Shown one piece after another: positions 9,474 to 20,157 of a stretch of 64,000 bases of DNA. The notes beneath the pieces are model-generated. The model did not search any database. It saw nothing but the letters and a program-made list of their open reading frames with translations, and had not been told where the DNA came from. Numbering within the stretch: position 1 is the stretch's first letter; each line of letters starts with the position of its first letter. Made by a program: the position numbers and the translations under genes. The DNA comes from Microcoleus sp. (GTDB lineage Bacteria > Cyanobacteriota > Cyanobacteriia > Cyanobacteriales > Microcoleaceae): positions 960,001-1,024,000 of the forward strand of contig CP181291.1 of assembly GCA_052279835.1 (NCBI GenBank). Reading direction: 5' to 3'.

Positions 9474-12400
9474 ATGGAAGCTAAATCTTACAAAGACACA
9501 GTAAACCTGCCCCAAACCAAGTTTGAAATGCGCGCCAACGCCGTCAAACGGGAACCAGAATTGCAACAATTTTGGGCAGATGAACACATCTACGATCGCC
9601 TTTCGGAAAATAATCCGGGCGACTTGTTCATCCTCCACGACGGCCCACCCTACGCCAACGGCCAACTCCACATCGGCCACGCCCTCAACAAAATCCTCAA
9701 AGATTTCATCAATCGCTACCAGATGCTGTGTGGCAAAAAAGTCCGCTATGTTCCCGGTTGGGATTGTCACGGATTGCCGATCGAACTTAAAGTATTGCAA
9801 GATCTAAAATCGGCAGAAAGACTCAATCTTACCCCGATCGAACTCCGTCGCAAAGCCGCCGCCTTCGCCCAGCAAGCCGTCGAACAGCAACGCGCCTCCT
9901 TCAAAACTTACGGCGTTTGGGGCGACTGGGCCCATCCCTATTTAACCCTGAAGCCGGAATACGAAGCCGCCCAAATCGGCGTATTCGGTGAAATGGTGCT
10001 CAAAGGCTACATCTATCGTGGCTTCAAACCGGTTCACTGGAGTCCAAGTTCCAAAACTGCCCTCGCCGAAGCTGAATTAGAATATCCCGAAGGCCACACA
10101 TCGCGCAGCATCTACGTCGGCTTTCATGTGAGAAAATTGTCAAAAATTTTGCAATCGAAGCTCAAGCGCTATATGCCGAGCCTCTGGGCAGCGATTTGGA
10201 CAACTACCCCCTGGACAATTCCCGCCAACTTGGCGATCGCCGTCAATCCCGAATTGGATTACGCGGTGGTGGAACCATCTGGAAATTCCCACATCGCCCA
10301 ACAATTCATGTTAGTTGCTGTCGATGCAGTCGATCGACTATCGGCAACTCTGAACACAGACTTAAAAATACTGGCGATCGTTAAAGGTAAAGAATTAGAA
10401 GGCTGTACTTACAAACATCCTTTGTTCGATCGCGAAAGCCCGATCGTAGCTGGCGGCGATTACATTACCGCTGATTCTGGGACGGGATTGGTACACACCG
10501 CACCGGGCCACGGACAAGAAGACTTTATCGTCGGAAAACGCTGCGGCTTACCAGTTTTGACTCCCGTAGATGAAAACGGAAATTTCACCGCGGAAGCCGG
10601 AGTATTCGCAGGTCTAAATGTCCTCGGAAATGGCAATAGCGCAGTCATTGATGCTCTTTCCGAAGCAAATGCTTTGATTAAAGAGGAAAGTTACGCTCAC
10701 TCCTATCCTTACGATTGGCGCACTAAGAAGCCAACTATTTTTAGGGCGACGGAACAATGGTTTGCTTCGGTGGAAGGGTTCCGTGATGAAGCGTTAAAAG
10801 CCATTTCTAATGTGAATTGGATTCCCGCCCAAGGTGAAAATCGGATTACTGCAATGGTAGGCGATCGATCGGATTGGTGCATCTCCCGCCAGCGGACTTG
10901 GGGCGTTCCGATTCCGGTATTCTACGATGAAGAAACTAACGAACCCCTGTTAAACGAAGAAACGATCGCTCACGTCCAAGCAATTATTGCTGACAAGGGT
11001 TCTGATGCTTGGTGGGAAATGTCGATCGCCGAATTACTGCCGGAATCTTACCGCAATAACGGCCGCACTTACCGCAAAGGCACTGACACGATGGATGTGT
11101 GGTTTGACTCCGGTTCTTCCTGGGCCGCAGTGGCTAAAGGGCGATCGGAATTGAACTATCCTGCTGATATGTATTTGGAAGGTTCAGACCAACATCGCGG
11201 TTGGTTTCAATCCAGCTTACTTACTAGCGTAGCAACCAACGGCGTCGCTCCTTACAAAACAGTTTTGACTCACGGTTTTGTGCTGGATGAAAAAGGCCGC
11301 AAGATGAGCAAATCTGAAGGAAATGTTGTCGATCCAGCCTTGGTAATTAAGGAATATGGAGCCGATGTTTTGCGGTTGTGGGTGTCTTCGGTAGACTACT
11401 CGGCAGATGTGCCTTTGGGCAAAAACATTCTCAAACAGCAGTCGGATGTTTACCGCAAAATTCGCAATACAGCTAAGTTTTTGCTGGGGAATTTGCACGA
11501 CTTCGACCCCGCAAAAGATGCTGTCCCTTACGCGGAATTGCCGGAACTCGATCGCTATATGTTGCACAGAATGGGCGAAGTATTTGCGGAAGTAAAGGAT
11601 GCTTTTGATAGTTTCCAATTTTCTCGGTTTTTCCAAACAGTGCAGAATTTCTGCACCGTAGACTTGTCGAGTTTTTATCTGGATATTGCCAAGGATAGAC
11701 TTTACATCAGCGCTACAGATGCTCACCGCCGCCGGAGTTGTCAGACGGTGATTGCGATCGCTGTGGAGAATTTAGCAAAGGCGATCGCACCTGTGTTGTG
11801 TCACATGGCTGAGGATATTTGGCAATATATTCCCTATCCCACACCATACAAATCAGTGTTTGAATCGGGTTGGGTAGAATTGGATGCTTCATGGCACAAT
11901 CCAGAATTGGCGACTCGTTGGCAATATTTGCGGCAAGTGCGGGGAGAAGTTAACAAGGTTTTGGAAAAAGCTCGGATGGAGAAGGCGATCGGTTCTTCTT
12001 TGGAAGCTAAGGTTTTATTGTATGTTCCTGATGTTGAAAAAAGAGAGCAGTTACAAGCTTTGAATCCTAGTAGTGAGGAATTGCTGGAGTTTGTGCGATC
12101 GCAAAATTCAATTATCGAGTTAGCAGCAGCGGAAAAAGCTAAAGCAGTACAAGATCTACAGGAAGAACAAGCAGCAAATGTTGCCAAGGTCTTGACAGAA
12201 ACGACAATTCATGTAGAGGAGGAAACCATCGCAGAGGGCGATCGGCCTTCAGAAGTCATCGAATATTCTGCCGTTGAACCCTCGGTTCCCGATGCACAGC
12301 CAATCTTCGAGCGAGTTGCTCAGTTTGTAGCAGATTTACCTACCTACCTGGGCAATTTCTTCACAGAATATCAAAAGGTTTTGGTAACAGTTGGCTTGTT

Positions 12401-13064
12401 GGCCTCACTTTTGGTAACTGGTAAAGTAACCCTGGGAATCTTGGATACGATGAATCAAATTCCCATGCTGGCGGGACTGTTGGAAATCATCGGTATCCTA
12501 TTCACAATTTGGTTTGCTTTCCGTCATTTGTTGTTCGCAGCTAGCCGTCAAGAACTGGCAGAAAACATTGAGTTGCTGACAGCAGAGGTGCTGGGCAAGA
12601 CCAGCGCGATTGTGATTGCCGAAACCCAGGCGATCGTACTCACACCCCCAGTAGAAACAGCGATTGTAGCAGTACCTGAAATCCCGCAAATGGTACTGGC
12701 GAATTCTGTCGAACCACTGATGGTAGAAGTACCTGAAATCCAGACAACTGAATTAATTAAAGTCGAACCAAAATTAGAAACACCGGCCCAAATACCTGTA
12801 ATTTCTAATTTAGTAATGACCGGCAACGGTGTAGACGAATTGCGCTATTTGTTCATTACTTCGGAAGTGGAACTAATAGAATCAAATCAGGTTCTGCAAG
12901 AGTTGCCTTACAACTTCCAGTCTCCTGATTTGGCGATTGGTGTAGTCAAAGCAGATGGCGAAAAGTGCGATCGTTGCTGGAATTATTCTACTCACGTCGG
13001 GGAGTCGATCGAACATCCGCTAATTTGCGAACGCTGTGTCTGTGCAGTAGCTGGAGAATTCTAA
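9474..13064 (+). CDS. ileS: Isoleucine--tRNA ligase with inserted CAAD membrane domain
   Basis: HIGH and KMSKS motifs, [12 protein letters not shown]-terminal CDRCW/CERC zinc finger; likely start ATG 9474. Confidence 0.97.
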   Translation: MEAKSYKDTVNLPQTKFEMRANAVKREPELQQFWADEHIYDRLSENNPGDLFILHDGPPYANGQLHIGHALNKILKDFINRYQMLCGKKVRYVPGWDCHGLPIELKVLQDLKSAERLNLTPIELRRKAAAFAQQAVEQQRASFKTYGVWGDWAHPYLTLKPEYEAAQIGVFGEMVLKGYIYRGFKPVHWSPSSKTALAEAELEYPEGHTSRSIYVGFHVRKLSKILQSKLKRYMPSLWAAIWTTTPWTIPANLAIAVNPELDYAVVEPSGNSHIAQQFMLVAVDAVDRLSATLNTDLKILAIVKGKELEGCTYKHPLFDRESPIVAGGDYITADSGTGLVHTAPGHGQEDFIVGKRCGLPVLTPVDENGNFTAEAGVFAGLNVLGNGNSAVIDALSEANALIKEESYAHSYPYDWRTKKPTIFRATEQWFASVEGFRDEALKAISNVNWIPAQGENRITAMVGDRSDWCISRQRTWGVPIPVFYDEETNEPLLNEETIAHVQAIIADKGSDAWWEMSIAELLPESYRNNGRTYRKGTDTMDVWFDSGSSWAAVAKGRSELNYPADMYLEGSDQHRGWFQSSLLTSVATNGVAPYKTVLTHGFVLDEKGRKMSKSEGNVVDPALVIKEYGADVLRLWVSSVDYSADVPLGKNILKQQSDVYRKIRNTAKFLLGNLHDFDPAKDAVPYAELPELDRYMLHRMGEVFAEVKDAFDSFQFSRFFQTVQNFCTVDLSSFYLDIAKDRLYISATDAHRRRSCQTVIAIAVENLAKAIAPVLCHMAEDIWQYIPYPTPYKSVFESGWVELDASWHNPELATRWQYLRQVRGEVNKVLEKARMEKAIGSSLEAKVLLYVPDVEKREQLQALNPSSEELLEFVRSQNSIIELAAAEKAKAVQDLQEEQAANVAKVLTETTIHVEEETIAEGDRPSEVIEYSAVEPSVPDAQPIFERVAQFVADLPTYLGNFFTEYQKVLVTVGLLASLLVTGKVTLGILDTMNQIPMLAGLLEIIGILFTIWFAFRHLLFAASRQELAENIELLTAEVLGKTSAIVIAETQAIVLTPPVETAIVAVPEIPQMVLANSVEPLMVEVPEIQTTELIKVEPKLETPAQIPVISNLVMTGNGVDELRYLFITSEVELIESNQVLQELPYNFQSPDLAIGVVKADGEKCDRCWNYSTHVGESIEHPLICERCVCAVAGEF

Positions 13065-13945
13065 GTACAAGAATCAATCTCTAAGATTTGTCTGCCAATC
13101 CATTCGGCAATTCCTGGGACAACGGCATTACCAAGGAGTCTCCCTCGGCGACTGTCCATCCTGGAGGAAATCCCATCAGCCTTTCCCATTCTGTCCAAGT
13201 CAAGTTTCTCGCCACAGAGTATTGGTCTGTCAGAATGGCCTCCTTGATGTCCTCCCGTTTGGGCGCGTAACGTGGGGCAGACGCTTTTTGCCAAGGTATA
13301 CCCGAAGCCACCGCGACGTTGTACCACAAGCGGAGTGTCTCCGATAATGCCTTCACAAACACTCGATCGAGTTTCCTTCTCCCTCGATTTTCGCGCCGCA
13401 GAATCCCCAGACAATTCGCCGCTGTCAGTAAAGATTCTACAGGCACGTTTCGATCTAAAACTGGCAATAAAGAACACTCTGTCTCGGTCGTGAGGTAAGC
13501 CCGTATGTCGAGCGTTACACGATAGCCATCCCCCCAAATACCCGTGCGCTTCCAGCGTGTCGATAACGACCTCAAGAGCGGTTCCTTGCTCTGCCGAGAG
13601 CAGCCCCGGCACATTTTCCAAGACCAACCACGCTGGCTGAACTTCTGCAACAAGTTCCATAAATTTGTAGAAAAGTCCGCTTCTTTCTCCTGCAAGTCCT
13701 TTTCTTTCTGTATTGGCACTGCTGAGGTCTTGGCATGGCCATCCTGCACACCATAAATCAGCGGCAGGGATAGTTGAATGTGTGAGGGTTCTGATGTCTT
13801 CATAAATCGGTACTTGAGGCCAGTGACGTTTTAATATTTGTCGGCAAGTTTTATCTATTTCGCATTGAAATACGACGTTCATTCCAGCTTTTTCAAAGCC
13901 TAAATCGAAACCACCAATACCTGAAAAAAATGACGCAACTCGCAT
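13061..13945 (-). CDS. DNA (cytosine-5)-methyltransferase, alpha polypeptide (motifs I-VIII and X)
   Basis: FFSGIGG, GWPCQ, LENV, RDRVF, LGNAVV; no motif IX in this frame. Confidence 0.9.
   Translation of the reverse strand: MRVASFFSGIGGFDLGFEKAGMNVVFQCEIDKTCRQILKRHWPQVPIYEDIRTLTHSTIPAADLWCAGWPCQDLSSANTERKGLAGERSGLFYKFMELVAEVQPAWLVLENVPGLLSAEQGTALEVVIDTLEAHGYLGGWLSCNARHTGLPHDRDRVFFIASFRSKRACRIFTDSGELSGDSAARKSREKETRSSVCEGIIGDTPLVVQRRGGFGYTLAKSVCPTLRAQTGGHQGGHSDRPILCGEKLDLDRMGKADGISSRMDSRRGRLLGNAVVPGIAEWIGRQILEIDSCT
13081..13803 (-). CDS. Nested alternative-frame beta polypeptide of the C5 methyltransferase (carries motif IX); start uncertain
   Basis: 240-codon ORF fully inside the MTase gene containing [19 protein letters not shown]. 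Confidence 0.8.
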   Translation of the reverse strand: MKTSEPSHIQLSLPLIYGVQDGHAKTSAVPIQKEKDLQEKEADFSTNLWNLLQKFSQRGWSWKMCRGCSRQSKEPLLRSLSTRWKRTGIWGDGYRVTLDIRAYLTTETECSLLPVLDRNVPVESLLTAANCLGILRRENRGRRKLDRVFVKALSETLRLWYNVAVASGIPWQKASAPRYAPKREDIKEAILTDQYSVARNLTWTEWERLMGFPPGWTVAEGDSLVMPLSQELPNGLADKS

Positions 13946-13986
13946 TTTAATTATAGTTCTTTATTTACACAGCTTGTAGACTTAAT

Positions 13987-14019
13987 CAGTTGTGTAGACG
14001 AAAATCGTCTACACAACTG
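13987..14019. promoter_or_regulatory. Perfect 15-bp inverted repeat, likely controller-protein operator
   Basis: cagttgtgtagacga-aaa-tcgtctacacaactg between the divergent MTase and HTH genes. Confidence 0.65.
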
Positions 14020-14070
14020 CTACACCACAAGATATCATCCTCAATCGTAGTTTAAAAACATCGTTATCAG

Positions 14071-14316
14071 ATGGGCGAAGCTAATATTAGCGGATCGCGA
14101 ATCAAGCAGGCTCGTGAAAAACTCGGATGGGGGCAGAGCGACCTAGCCGCAGCAATCGATGTAGACTTTCACATTAAGCTGGATCAGTCTGACATTTCAG
14201 AGATAGAGCGTCAGAAGCGTGGTGTTAAAGATTTTGAGCTAGATGCGATCGCGCGTCTGCTGCAAGTCACTCCAGAGTGGCTTTTGCGCGGAGATGAGGC
14301 AAACTCCCATGAGTGA
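14071..14316 (+). CDS. XRE-family HTH regulator (R-M controller-like)
   Basis: RIKQAREKLGWGQSDLA...ISEIERQKR; overlaps the start of the nuclease gene. Confidence 0.85.
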   Translation: MGEANISGSRIKQAREKLGWGQSDLAAAIDVDFHIKLDQSDISEIERQKRGVKDFELDAIARLLQVTPEWLLRGDEANSHE

Positions 14317-15010
14317 TATGGGAGCAAACCGCGAACAGTGGATCGGAGAAGCTTGCGCTGGCTTTGCAAGCACCAAGCCAGCCAATATAAATTATTACAG
14401 ATTAATCTTAGAGACGCTTTGGCCTCCCGGTCACAGCATTCCAGGGCCAGTAGTTCCCTTATCCCATTTACGTCAAGTTATTAACAATTTTAGAGGAGAA
14501 CCTTACGCAGATACCCCTAGACGCATACGAGAGTTGCAAGGGGAAGAAGGATTTTTGGGAATAGTTAGATTCGGTAGTGGTAGCAAAACAAGATATCAGC
14601 TACTCAGCATAGAAATCAGTCCAAAACGCGAACAGAGAATCAAACTCAGTGAGGCTTTTTGGCGGAAAGTTTTAATTAAATATCAATACCGTTGTGCAGT
14701 ATGTGGCAGAGAACCGCCTATTGTCAGATTAGATCGAGACCATAAAATTCCGCGCTTGAGAGGAGGGGGGAATCAAGAGGATAATTGGCAACCGCTATGT
14801 GCAGAATGCAATAACTTTAAAAGCACAGCCTGTCGAGGATGCCAACTTGAGTGCACACAATGCGCCTGGGCGTTTCCTGAAAGTTTTGCCCCCATTAAAA
14901 TATCGGCTTCTGACATCCAAAGAATTAAGGCACTTGCTATTCAACAAGAAATCAACTCAGAGGCTTTGTTAAGGCAAATAATTGAAGGCTACTTTAACAG
15001 CCAAACTTAA
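14309..15010 (+). CDS. HNH endonuclease (putative restriction endonuclease)
   Basis: CAVCG...DRDHKIP...GGGNQEDNWQPLCAECNNFK; N-terminal RRIREL; start ATG 14309 overlaps the end of the HTH gene. Confidence 0.8.
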   Translation: MSDMGANREQWIGEACAGFASTKPANINYYRLILETLWPPGHSIPGPVVPLSHLRQVINNFRGEPYADTPRRIRELQGEEGFLGIVRFGSGSKTRYQLLSIEISPKREQRIKLSEAFWRKVLIKYQYRCAVCGREPPIVRLDRDHKIPRLRGGGNQEDNWQPLCAECNNFKSTACRGCQLECTQCAWAFPESFAPIKISASDIQRIKALAIQQEINSEALLRQIIEGYFNSQT

Positions 15011-15137
15011 TTACCACCCCTTCCTCCCCAAAACACACCCTCTCACCCCCAAGTTATTCCCCTAGATACTGGTGTGCCCACTCAACAGCGCTATCCTAGT
15101 AGTTATAGTCCTTAAACCCGATCGACCCGGAGGCCCA

Positions 15138-16790
15138 GTGTTCAGCCTAGTTCAAACCACTTCTCGCCAAGGAGAAATCCTAGAAGTCGTCTTCCGCAAC
15201 GGTTGGGACTACATGAAAAGCCTCCTCACCGGCCGCAAAACCGACGAACCCAGTCTGCCACCCCCAGCAGTCCTCCGCAACATCCTGATCGAATTAGGTC
15301 CAGTGTTTGTGAAATTGGGACAATTGCTGAGTACCCGTCCCGACCTTTTACCCACCGCCTACCTCGACACCCTCTCCTCCCTGCAAGCCGATGTGCCGCC
15401 CGTACCTTGGTCAGAAGTAGAAGTGATTATTCGCCAGGAACTCAAACTGTCGATCGAAGAAACCTTCTCCAAATTTAACACTCAAGCCGTCGCCGCCGGT
15501 TCGATAGCCCAAACCCACAAAGCCACCTTAAAAGACGGCCGCGAAGTCGCCCTCAAAGTTCAGCGTCCCGGCATTGATATCATCATAGAACGAGATATTG
15601 CCGTCCTCAAAGCCTTAGCAGAACTTGTTTCCCTCACAGACTACGGTCAACAATACGATATCGTCGCCCTAGCCGAAGAATTTGCCACAGCCCTGCGCGC
15701 AGAACTTGATTTCATTCAAGAAGCCAGCTACACAGACGAACTCAAACGCAACCTTTCTAAAAGCCGCTGGTTTGACCCCAAACAAATAGTCGTCCCAGAA
15801 ATTCAGTGGAAATTAACCACCAAAAAACTATTAGTAATGGAGTGGCTAGACGGCGTACCAATTTTGTTAGGTGATTTGCAAGGACTTCGCCACAACGGCG
15901 ATGCAGATGCCGAACGCGAAGAAATTACCACCCTGCTTTGCCGCGCTTTCTTTCAGCAGTTATATATCGACGGATTTTTTCACGCCGATCCACATCCGGG
16001 CAACTTATTTTACCTCAAAGATGGACGCATAGCCCTGCTAGACTGCGGCATGGTTGGTCGATTAGATCCGCGCACTCAACAGAGTTTGACAGAACTGTTA
16101 CTGGCAATTGTGGATTTAGACTCTCAACGCTGCACTCAATTAACATTACAAATGGCAGAATTTGCTCAGCCTACTAGCTTAGCCAATCTAGAGAATGATT
16201 TGGCGAGAATGCTGCGTAAGTATTACAATGTCAGCCTGTCGCAAATGAACTTGTCGGAGATATTTTATGAAATGCTGGCCATCACCCGCAAAAATAAAAT
16301 CCGACTGCCTAGCAACCTCGGTTTATATGCCAAAACTCTCGCTAATTTAGAAGGTCTAGCGCGCGCTTTCAATCCTCGATTCAACATTGTAGAACAGGTG
16401 AAGCCGCTGATGACCGATCTATTTCGGCGTCAGTTATTCGGAGAAGATCCGGTGCAAGCTTTGCTCAGAACAGCGCTGGATCTGAAAAGTTTGTCTCTGC
16501 AATCTCCCCGCCAATTAGAAGTGCTTTTAGACCGAGTTACTTCGGAAAGTTTGAAGTGGAATTTGACTGTGAAAGAAATCGATCCTCTGCGCCGCACTTT
16601 GGGGGATTCTGCAAACCGACTTTCTTTTAGTATTGTTGTGGGTTCGCTGATTGTAGGAGCGGCAATTATTTCATCTAATTCTCAAACTGCTCAACTATCT
16701 TTTTTGAGCAATGGTTTGTTTGCAGCGGCGAGTTTTTTGGGTTTGTGGTTAATTATTAGTATTCTGCGATCGGGTCGTTTGCGGGGGTAA
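15138..16790 (+). CDS. AarF/ABC1/UbiB family kinase
   Basis: LGPVFVKLGQLLSTRPDLLP, AAGSIAQ, VALKVQRP, FFHADPHPGN, LLDCGM. Confidence 0.92.
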   Translation: MFSLVQTTSRQGEILEVVFRNGWDYMKSLLTGRKTDEPSLPPPAVLRNILIELGPVFVKLGQLLSTRPDLLPTAYLDTLSSLQADVPPVPWSEVEVIIRQELKLSIEETFSKFNTQAVAAGSIAQTHKATLKDGREVALKVQRPGIDIIIERDIAVLKALAELVSLTDYGQQYDIVALAEEFATALRAELDFIQEASYTDELKRNLSKSRWFDPKQIVVPEIQWKLTTKKLLVMEWLDGVPILLGDLQGLRHNGDADAEREEITTLLCRAFFQQLYIDGFFHADPHPGNLFYLKDGRIALLDCGMVGRLDPRTQQSLTELLLAIVDLDSQRCTQLTLQMAEFAQPTSLANLENDLARMLRKYYNVSLSQMNLSEIFYEMLAITRKNKIRLPSNLGLYAKTLANLEGLARAFNPRFNIVEQVKPLMTDLFRRQLFGEDPVQALLRTALDLKSLSLQSPRQLEVLLDRVTSESLKWNLTVKEIDPLRRTLGDSANRLSFSIVVGSLIVGAAIISSNSQTAQLSFLSNGLFAAASFLGLWLIISILRSGRLRG

Positions 16791-16819
16791 AAACAGTTCA
16801 CAAAAATTTACATCTCACG

Positions 16820-16958
16820 ATTTAGTGGCCTAGGAGGATATAGGGCATTGCCACAACTCGCTTGACTGACGCTGAGATACGGTAAAACTGCCAAAGGTAG
16901 CAGAACGTCGATGAAGCGTCAAGAATCACCGGACCTGAAAGGGGGGTGAGTATGTCAA
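16820..16958 (+). mobile_element. Orphan IS200/IS605-type right end / omegaRNA-like remnant
   Basis: ...gatgaagcgtcaagaatcaccggacctgaaaggggggtgagtatgtcaa resembles cyanobacterial tnpB 3' ends terminating in TCAA. Confidence 0.5.
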
Positions 16959-17163
16959 TGACGTAACCTAACCAGGTTGTTTTCTGGTGCTGTTTTTAAT
17001 ATGGAACTACCGATCGCAGCTTGTGTATCGGTAGGGTATACTTAGATGTGCCGATAGGTATTGTAAAACTTCATTGAGTTTATAAGCAATTATAAACAAT
17101 AATGGTATTATGTTGTGAGTGTTGAATAAGGAATACGCACAGCCTGAAGAACGGAAATCTCAA

Positions 17164-18459
17164 ATGCAGTTAACAGAGAGGCACATCATTAAATCCACGG
17201 AACATCGTTTCGCCCAAATTGACGAACTAGCCTTTAAATCCAAAAACCTCTACAATGCCGCCAATTACGTCATTCGTCAGAACTTTATTTATGGATGGGG
17301 CTATGTCAATTACAACGAAATGAACCGATTGATGAAATCTCATGAAGCCTACAAGGCTTTGCCTGCTAAAGTAAGTCAGCAAATCTTAATGGTTTTAGAC
17401 AAGAATTGGAAATCGTTTTTTGAAGCCGTTAAAGCTTACAAAGCTGACTCTTCAAAATTCACTGGCAGCCCAAAATTGCCAAAGTACAAAGACAAAACCA
17501 AAGGGCGAAACCTTCTCGTTTACACGATTCAAGCAATTAGTAGCAAACACTTAAAGAAAGGAATTATCAAACTTTCCGGCACTAAGCTTTCAATTAAAAC
17601 CCAACTCAATCCCAACCAGATTTGTCAAGTTAGACTGGTTCCGAAATGTGATTCCTATGTAATTGAGGTGATTTATGATGAACCGGAGTCCACCATCAGC
17701 AATGCCAATTCTGTAGCTAGTATTGATTTGGGGCTGGATAATTTAGTGGCGTTAACTTCAAATCAGCCGGGTTTTACCCCTTTGTTGATTAACGGGCGAC
17801 CATTAAAATCGATTAATCAGTTCTACAACAAGCGCAAAGCGCGATTGCAATCCCAATTGAAAGGGAGTCGCAAAACCTCACCCCGACTTCAACGCTTAAC
17901 TCGCTGTCGCAATCAAAAAGTAGATAATTACTTACATCATGCTAGTCGTGTGATTGTTGACCATTTGGTAGCGAAGCAAATTGGGACATTGGTGGTTGGG
18001 AAAAATGCACAGTGGAAAACAGAAATCGAGTTAGGTAAGCAAACCAACCAAAATTTTGTCACTATTCCTCACTCTCGATTAATTGAGATGTTAGAATACA
18101 AAGCTCGCTTGGTGGGAATCACAGTAATTGTGCAGGAAGAATCCTATAGTTCACGGGCCAACTTTCTGTGTTTAGACCCAATTCCTGTTTACGGAAAAAC
18201 TGATAAAGAGCCTGTGTTCACTGGCAAGCGGATTAAAAGAGGTTTGTACAAGACATCGGTCGGTCAATTAATTAATTCCGATGTCAACGGGTCTTACAAT
18301 ATCCTCAGAAAAGCAATCCCAAATGCGTTCAGCGATGGGATAGGTCGTGGGCGTAGTTCAGCCAAGGCGGGTCAATCCGCTCGAAGTAAAAGCGAAGGGG
18401 GAGGGACTCAACGCCTCCTTAGTCATGTCATAAATGCCTATACTTTTACCAGCTATTGA
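17164..18459 (+). mobile_element. tnpB: RNA-guided endonuclease TnpB (IS200/IS605 family, no tnpA); extreme C-terminus possibly frameshifted
   Basis: SKNLYNAANY, RuvC IDLGLDN / EESYSS / NSDVNGSYNILRK; upstream hairpin ctaccgat..atcggtag at 17007-17034. Confidence 0.88.
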
Positions 18460-18509
18460 CAGGGAAGCATAAGTAACCATATACAACTCATTACCCTTAG
18501 AAACACGAC

Positions 18510-19256
18510 ATGAAAAAACTAATTTTACTGACTGGGATGCTACTGATGATGATGGTAAAAACAGCCTTTGCCAGCCCCGTAGCTCCAAAGCTTGAAACCA
18601 TCGATCCGATAGCAACCTCGGAAATTCGAGAAACCATTGAGAAACCGAGCAACGATGTCGCAGCCCCACAAATTGAACCCATCAAGCCGATGTCAACATC
18701 GGAAATCCGAGAGACCATCAAAAAATCCACCACTTATATTTTTGAAGGCATCAAAGGACGAGAACTCACACTTTCCCTATGGGCTGGAGAACTGAGCGCC
18801 GAACTCTACACTCCCAGTGGCGAAAATTTGGGAACCCTTGACAAAAGAGATAATCAATGGGTAGGGAAGTTACCGGAGTCGGGCATCTACCGCGTCCGAG
18901 CCATCCCTAAAGGCGAAACCAGTAGTTTTGTATTGGAACGTGACTTTAGTGCCAAGTGGACTTATCGCCCCGATCGCGTAATTCCCATAGCCTTCGGAGA
19001 AAAAGAAGGTAAAATTAAACTGAAAATGTCCGGCTACCAAATCCAGCCCCTGACAATTCAGGGGAAACGCGGACAGACAATGAGAGTCACTGCGAGCAAC
19101 AAAAATCTAGATGTGGCGATCGAATCTCCGTCAGGAACACTCCTCGATCAAGGGGAAGGTCAAACTTTCGCTCAACTGCCAGAATCGGGAATTTACCGAG
19201 TCCTCGTCGTTGCCAACAGACCAATCAAGCCTGCAATCAAAGTTTCTCTGCAATAG
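18510..19256 (+). CDS. Secreted protein with two PPC-like beta domains
   Basis: Signal peptide MKKLILL...AFA; duplicated LPESGIYRV motif; SEIRETI repeat. Confidence 0.65.
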   Translation: MKKLILLTGMLLMMMVKTAFASPVAPKLETIDPIATSEIRETIEKPSNDVAAPQIEPIKPMSTSEIRETIKKSTTYIFEGIKGRELTLSLWAGELSAELYTPSGENLGTLDKRDNQWVGKLPESGIYRVRAIPKGETSSFVLERDFSAKWTYRPDRVIPIAFGEKEGKIKLKMSGYQIQPLTIQGKRGQTMRVTASNKNLDVAIESPSGTLLDQGEGQTFAQLPESGIYRVLVVANRPIKPAIKVSLQ

Positions 19257-19324
19257 TCTCAATTGCCAGAGAAAAAATTGCCAAAATACTATTTTATTTC
19301 TCGCATTTGCCACCAAAAAATACC

Positions 19325-19351
19325 AAAGCTCGCCTAGGGGCGAGTTTTTTT
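19325..19351 (+). terminator. Rho-independent terminator
   Basis: aaagctcgcc-tagg-ggcgagttttttt hairpin with T tract. Confidence 0.65.
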
Positions 19352-19448
19352 ATGTCATAATATAAATTAATACTTAATCCTGGTTTCTTAATAATTAAAT
19401 AGATTTAGATACATAATAAATAAGTAGTGAATGCGGATAAAAACCACC

Positions 19449-20132
19449 ATGCCTGCAAACCAGTCAGACATAGATATTGCCCCCTCGATCGACTACGGCC
19501 TAATCGACCCGACAGCCACGCCAGACCAAGTAGAAAACTGTTGCCAACAAGCAGAGAGATTTGGCTTTGTCACAGTGTGCGTGTATCCATGCTACGTCCG
19601 AAAAGCTGTTGAGCTACTGCACGGAAAACGTCCAAAAGTTTGTACTGTGATCGGTTTTCCTACCGGTGCTTCGACTTCCAGGGTGAAGCTTTACGAAGCC
19701 CTAGAAGCCGCTGACAATGGAGCTGTAGAGTTAGATGTTTCCGTTAACTTAGGATTATTGAAAGCTGGAAAAATTGACGAATTCCATCGGGAATTAGCGG
19801 AGATTTGCGAAGAAACTAATCTCACCATCAAAGCAATTATCGAAAGTTCTCTGCTTTCGGATGCGGAAAAACAATTAGCGGCAGAAATTTGTATGGAGGC
19901 TGGGGCTGCTTACATTAAAACCAACACGGGCTTTTTTGGGGCGGCGACAGTTGATGATGTACGGCTGTTGAAGGAAGTTACGAAGGGGCGGATTGGGATT
20001 AAAGCGGCCGGGGGCATTCGCACTCATGAACAAGCTCTAGATTTGATAATGGCTGGTGCGACTCGTTTGGGGACTTCTCGCGGTCCTGAATTAATCCGCC
20101 AGCGGGATAATTTGAACCAGAGAAATGAATAG
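19449..20132 (+). CDS. deoC: Deoxyribose-phosphate aldolase
   Basis: [33 protein letters not shown]. Confidence 0.93.
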   Translation: MPANQSDIDIAPSIDYGLIDPTATPDQVENCCQQAERFGFVTVCVYPCYVRKAVELLHGKRPKVCTVIGFPTGASTSRVKLYEALEAADNGAVELDVSVNLGLLKAGKIDEFHRELAEICEETNLTIKAIIESSLLSDAEKQLAAEICMEAGAAYIKTNTGFFGAATVDDVRLLKEVTKGRIGIKAAGGIRTHEQALDLIMAGATRLGTSRGPELIRQRDNLNQRNE

Positions 20133-20157
20133 TTAATCGTTAATTGTTATTGGTTAG

